Below, one piece after another: positions 60,355-64,000 of a DNA stretch of 64,000 bases; position 1 is the first letter of the stretch, and each line of letters opens with the position of its first letter. The notes below the pieces were generated by a model. That model saw only the letters and a program-made list of their open reading frames with translations. It ran no database searches and had not been told where the DNA came from. The position numbers were made by a program, and so were the translations under genes. The stretch comes from Macrostomum lignano (taxonomy: Eukaryota): contig NIVC01001255.1 of the NCBI GenBank assembly GCA_002269645.1, forward strand, positions 62,001 through 126,000, in the 5' to 3' direction.

Positions 60355-63300
60355 TCAGGCTGGCGCGGTGGCGCCGGTCCCGCTGCCGGCCGCTTTGCAC
60401 AGCGTGAGAACAGCACCGATGGCCAGCGACAGCGCGGCGGCCGAGCACACGACAGCGCCGAGGCCGACGAGCTTGCGGAAGCTGGACAACTGGCTGATGT
60501 CTGCGCCAGCAGCGCCTTTGCTTTTGGGTATTGCAATGATGCGCTCGCAGCCAGCTATGCGGCAGGTGACGTTCTCCAGACCGCTTCCCGGACACGTGAA
60601 TGATTCGGCGCCTGACGGAGCTGGACAGTTGCACAGGCGCTGGCGGTACATGAAGCCGCTGTTGAACGGCCCGGCTGTGAAATTGCCCCAAGGACACCAA
60701 GCTGCTGGAGCGGAACTCGTTGATGCAGCGCCGGTGGTGGACGCTGGGGTCGTGGTGGCGCAGGCGGTTGCATTGCACGGATAGTGCTCGACTGAGACGC
60801 CCGAGCAGGCGACTCCGATGTCATTGGGTGCGGAACAGTTGCACTGTCGGGTGCGCGACACCGCACCATAGGTGTATACGAGTTCAGACCAGGCGCACCA
60901 ACTGCCATTTACCTGAGCCAGCCAATCTGTCGTGTTACCTTGACACGGCTCTCCCAAGACTGACGCCGGTGGGCACTCGCAGGTTCGATTCCGGACGCCC
61001 CAGCCGCCTTCGACGGTGTAGTTGCTCCAGGCGCACCAGCTACCGTTGACAATCTGGCGCGTGTCCACAGCCGAGCCCGGGCAGACAGTTGAACCTCCAA
61101 AGTCGCCGCCAGTCGGGCAGCTGCAGTTTCGCTGTCGGGTCTCGTTGCTAGACCCGTCAGCTGCGTAGGCGGACCAGGCGCACCAGGTTGCGTTTATAGA
61201 GAGGCCAGACTCGGTCGAGTTTCCCGAGCAGACAGCTGAGCCTCCGTAGGCTGGCACAGCAGGACAGGCGCAGCTGCGGTTCCGCGTGCCAACGCCGGTG
61301 GCAGGGTCGACAATGTAACTGGACCAGGCGCACCAGGCTGCGTCCTGCTTCAATCCGGTGTCGTTTCCACTTCCGGGACAGTCGGTGCCCCCGAAGGCCA
61401 CAGCCGGACAGTTGCACGCCCGAGTTCGTGTACCGTAGTCTCCTCCAGGTGACAGGGTTTAGCTACTCCAGGCACACCAACTACCATTAATCACCACCTG
61501 AGTCTCATTGGCAGCTCCGATGCAGTCGGCACCGCCGTACGCCGGGGCGGAGCAGTTGCAAATTCTCGCTCTGGTACTATTAGCGCCAGACACTATGTAG
61601 GGTCCCCATGGACACCAGGTGCCGTTAACTACCCTCTGAGTCTCACTAGCATTGCCTGGACAGGGTTGGCCGCCGAATGCGGGCGCTGAGCAGTTGCAAA
61701 GTCGCGAACGGTTGCTAAACTCCCCGTTGACTTGATAAGCGCTCCATGCGCACCAGCTGCCGTCCACTGCGGAGCCTGATTCGGTTGCCGAACCAACACA
61801 GTCCACGCCGCCGTACTCAGCTGCACTGCAGTTGCACTGACGCGTTCTCGTCCCGACGCCACCAGCCACTGAGAAGGCACTCCAGCCACACCAGCTGCCA
61901 TTGATGACTGTGCCAGAGTCGGTTGCTGGTCCTCCACAGTCGACACCGCCGTACGCTGGTTTGCTGCAGTTGCATTGTCGTGTTCTTGTTCCAACCCCTC
62001 CTGTCACTGAATAGGCGCTCCATCCGCACCAGGTACCATTAACGACCGTACCAGAGTCAGTGCCAGAACCGGGACAATCAACTCCACCGTACGATGGTGA
62101 GCTACAGTTGCACTGACGAATTCTAGTCCCGATGCCGCTGGACACTGCGAATGCACCCCAATCGCACCAGGTGCCGTTCACTGCCGTACCGGAATCGCTG
62201 GCGGAGCCGACGCAGTCGTTGCCGCCGTACGCCGGAGCGCTGCAGTTGCACTGTCGCGTTCTAGTTCCAACTCCAGAAATCACAGAGAACGGGCTCCAAC
62301 CGCACCAGCTGCCGTTAACGACAGCTCCTGAGTCGATGGCAGACCCGGGGCAGTCTGTACCGCCATACGCTGGAGCGCTGCAGTTGCACTGACGTGTCCT
62401 AGTGCCGACGCCTGAAGCCATGGAGAAGGCGCTCCATCCGCACCAGCTACCATTTGTTACCAAACCCGTGTCATTTCCGCTGCCAGGACAGTCCAATCCG
62501 CTGTTTGCCGGTGCCGGGCAAGCGCAGGCGCGAGTCCGGGTGGCAAAACCTCCGCCTGCCGGTGCGTAGGCAGACCACGGGCACCAAGTCCCGTTGACTA
62601 CTGCCCGCCATTCGGTGCTGTTTCCCTCGCATTTTGTGCCGTTGCCAGCAACGCTCGGACAGCTACAGTTCCGTTCGCGCATCTGCCACTCGCTGCTCAC
62701 TGTACTCCAGTCGGTCCAGTTGCACCAGCCGCCGTTGATGTCTAGCTGGTCGCATACGTTCAAATTGGACTTCTCCAGATCGGAGATCTCTTCGAATAGC
62801 CATACAGTAGGAGTGCTTGATTGCAGAGTGAGCACAGAGTAGCCGCTGACAGTGCTTGGCGCCAGGAAGTATCCGGCAGTATCGTTGAACGAAGATTTTA
62901 TTGTGTACAGTCCACTGCCGCCACTGCCACCGGCTGAGTCAACAATCCAAAATTCGCGTTCTTTTGTTATGTTCTCAAAAGTGGCGTCTGCAACATCGGA
63001 GGACCAAGCGTCAGCCGGGGTGTAGCATGGCACAACGCTTCTGAAGATGAAGAAACCGTTAGGCTGAGGCATGGCCTCCCACATGACTGCGGCTTCGGTG
63101 CTTGGAGCGGTCAGAGCCAGTCGTCGCGAACCGTAAGCTGCCAGCGGAGCTGTGGAATTCGCCGCGGCGATGCTAGCGTTGCACAGACTTCTGCCGCTGC
63201 CGCAGCCAGTCTGCAGGTAGATCCTGTAAAAGCCCCAACGTAGCGCGAGTGTCTTGATGCCAACGTAGCTTCTGTAGTAGGGGCAGAATCGGATGCGCTT

Positions 63301-63999
63301 ATTGGGCTGGTAGTAGCGCTCTGTACTGCACCAGATCAGGTACCAGGGAAAGCCGGCCCCACTGGTGCAGTCGTCGTAACACTTTCCATTATAGTAGAAT
63401 GGAAAAGTACAGTTAGCATAAGGATCAGCCTGGGTGTATATGACGGAATAGCTGCTCAGCTGCGGCGTGATGTAGGCCGGCTCTGATGCGTTAAGCCGGG
63501 CGCAGCTCTGCGATGCCGCACCAGAAATTGTATAAGCGCAGTATTTGAAGTTGTTATCGATGATAGCGCTCTCTGCGGTAGTGGCGCACCACGGCTCAGT
63601 TGTAGTGGTCAGGCAGTCATAGTGACACTTACCGTTATACAGAAACGGGAACACACACTTGGTCCCGGAGCCGAGGCCAGCGTAGAGTACAGACGGCTCG
63701 GAACTCTGAGCCGCGGTTGCCAGACCGGAACAGTTTTCCTGCGTCAGGTTTGCTAGCCGATAGTTGCAGTATCGCCACAGGGTGCTGCTGGCGCCGTAGT
63801 CGCAGGAGGTCGCGCACCAGAAGCGGCACTGGCCGCTCGAGCAATACTCGGTGCAATCGTTGTAAGTGTTGGAGCCGTCCGCAAATGGGAAATAGCAGAC
63901 GCTGCCTGAGCCGCCCCCAGTGGTAGAGACTGTGACTCTGCTGTCTGAAGTTGAGTTGGGGGGATTGCAGCTGAGCGCTAGGGAAATCTGAATCAGCAG
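60355..63999 (-). CDS. Intronless type I membrane protein: 3 FN2 domains, beta-trefoil-like region, ~15 thrombospondin type-1 repeats, TM helix; one in-frame TAA; 5'-partial
   Basis: One frame runs from 63999 (LLIQISLALS, likely signal-peptide end) to 60355, with a single stop at 61461-61459. FN2 motifs CxFPF...C...WCAT...C; repeats WCxWS...RTRxCxC; hydrophobic LVGLGAVVCSAAALSLAIGAVLTLC near the end. Confidence 0.88.
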
Positions 64000-64000
64000 C

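Overview
Eukaryotic (animal) genomic DNA with GC-rich exons, AT-rich or satellite-filled introns and many non-autonomous transposons. The style is consistent with a free-living flatworm such as Macrostomum, but the species cannot be established from the sequence alone. Genes: the 3' part of a coiled-coil protein with a disordered tail (+, <1-3258/3439); a LYSMD3/4-like LysM membrane protein (+, 6434-22011) whose 11.3-kb second intron is almost all 19-bp satellite plus nested transposons; a two-repeat beta-thymosin (+); a poorly resolved unknown gene (-, ~32-37.4 kb); a 19-exon divergent Slo/BK-type K+ channel (-, 37738-50656); a decayed Ty3/Gypsy element (-, 51508-56419); a GT7-family beta-1,4-galactosyltransferase-like gene (-); and an intronless 3xFN2/beta-trefoil-like/~15xTSR membrane protein (-) with one in-frame TAA. 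The most striking observations are (1) an intronic inverted copy of the Slo pore/selectivity-filter exon that would form an ADAR-type exon-intron duplex, (2) a 627-bp retroposon that starts exactly with an HDV-like ribozyme fold, (3) loss or charge reversal of the canonical Ca2+/Mg2+ sites in the Slo channel, and (4) ~50 tandem consensus 5' splice sites inside the LysM gene intron. All structures, alignments and gene models were derived by eye and need computational or experimental confirmation.
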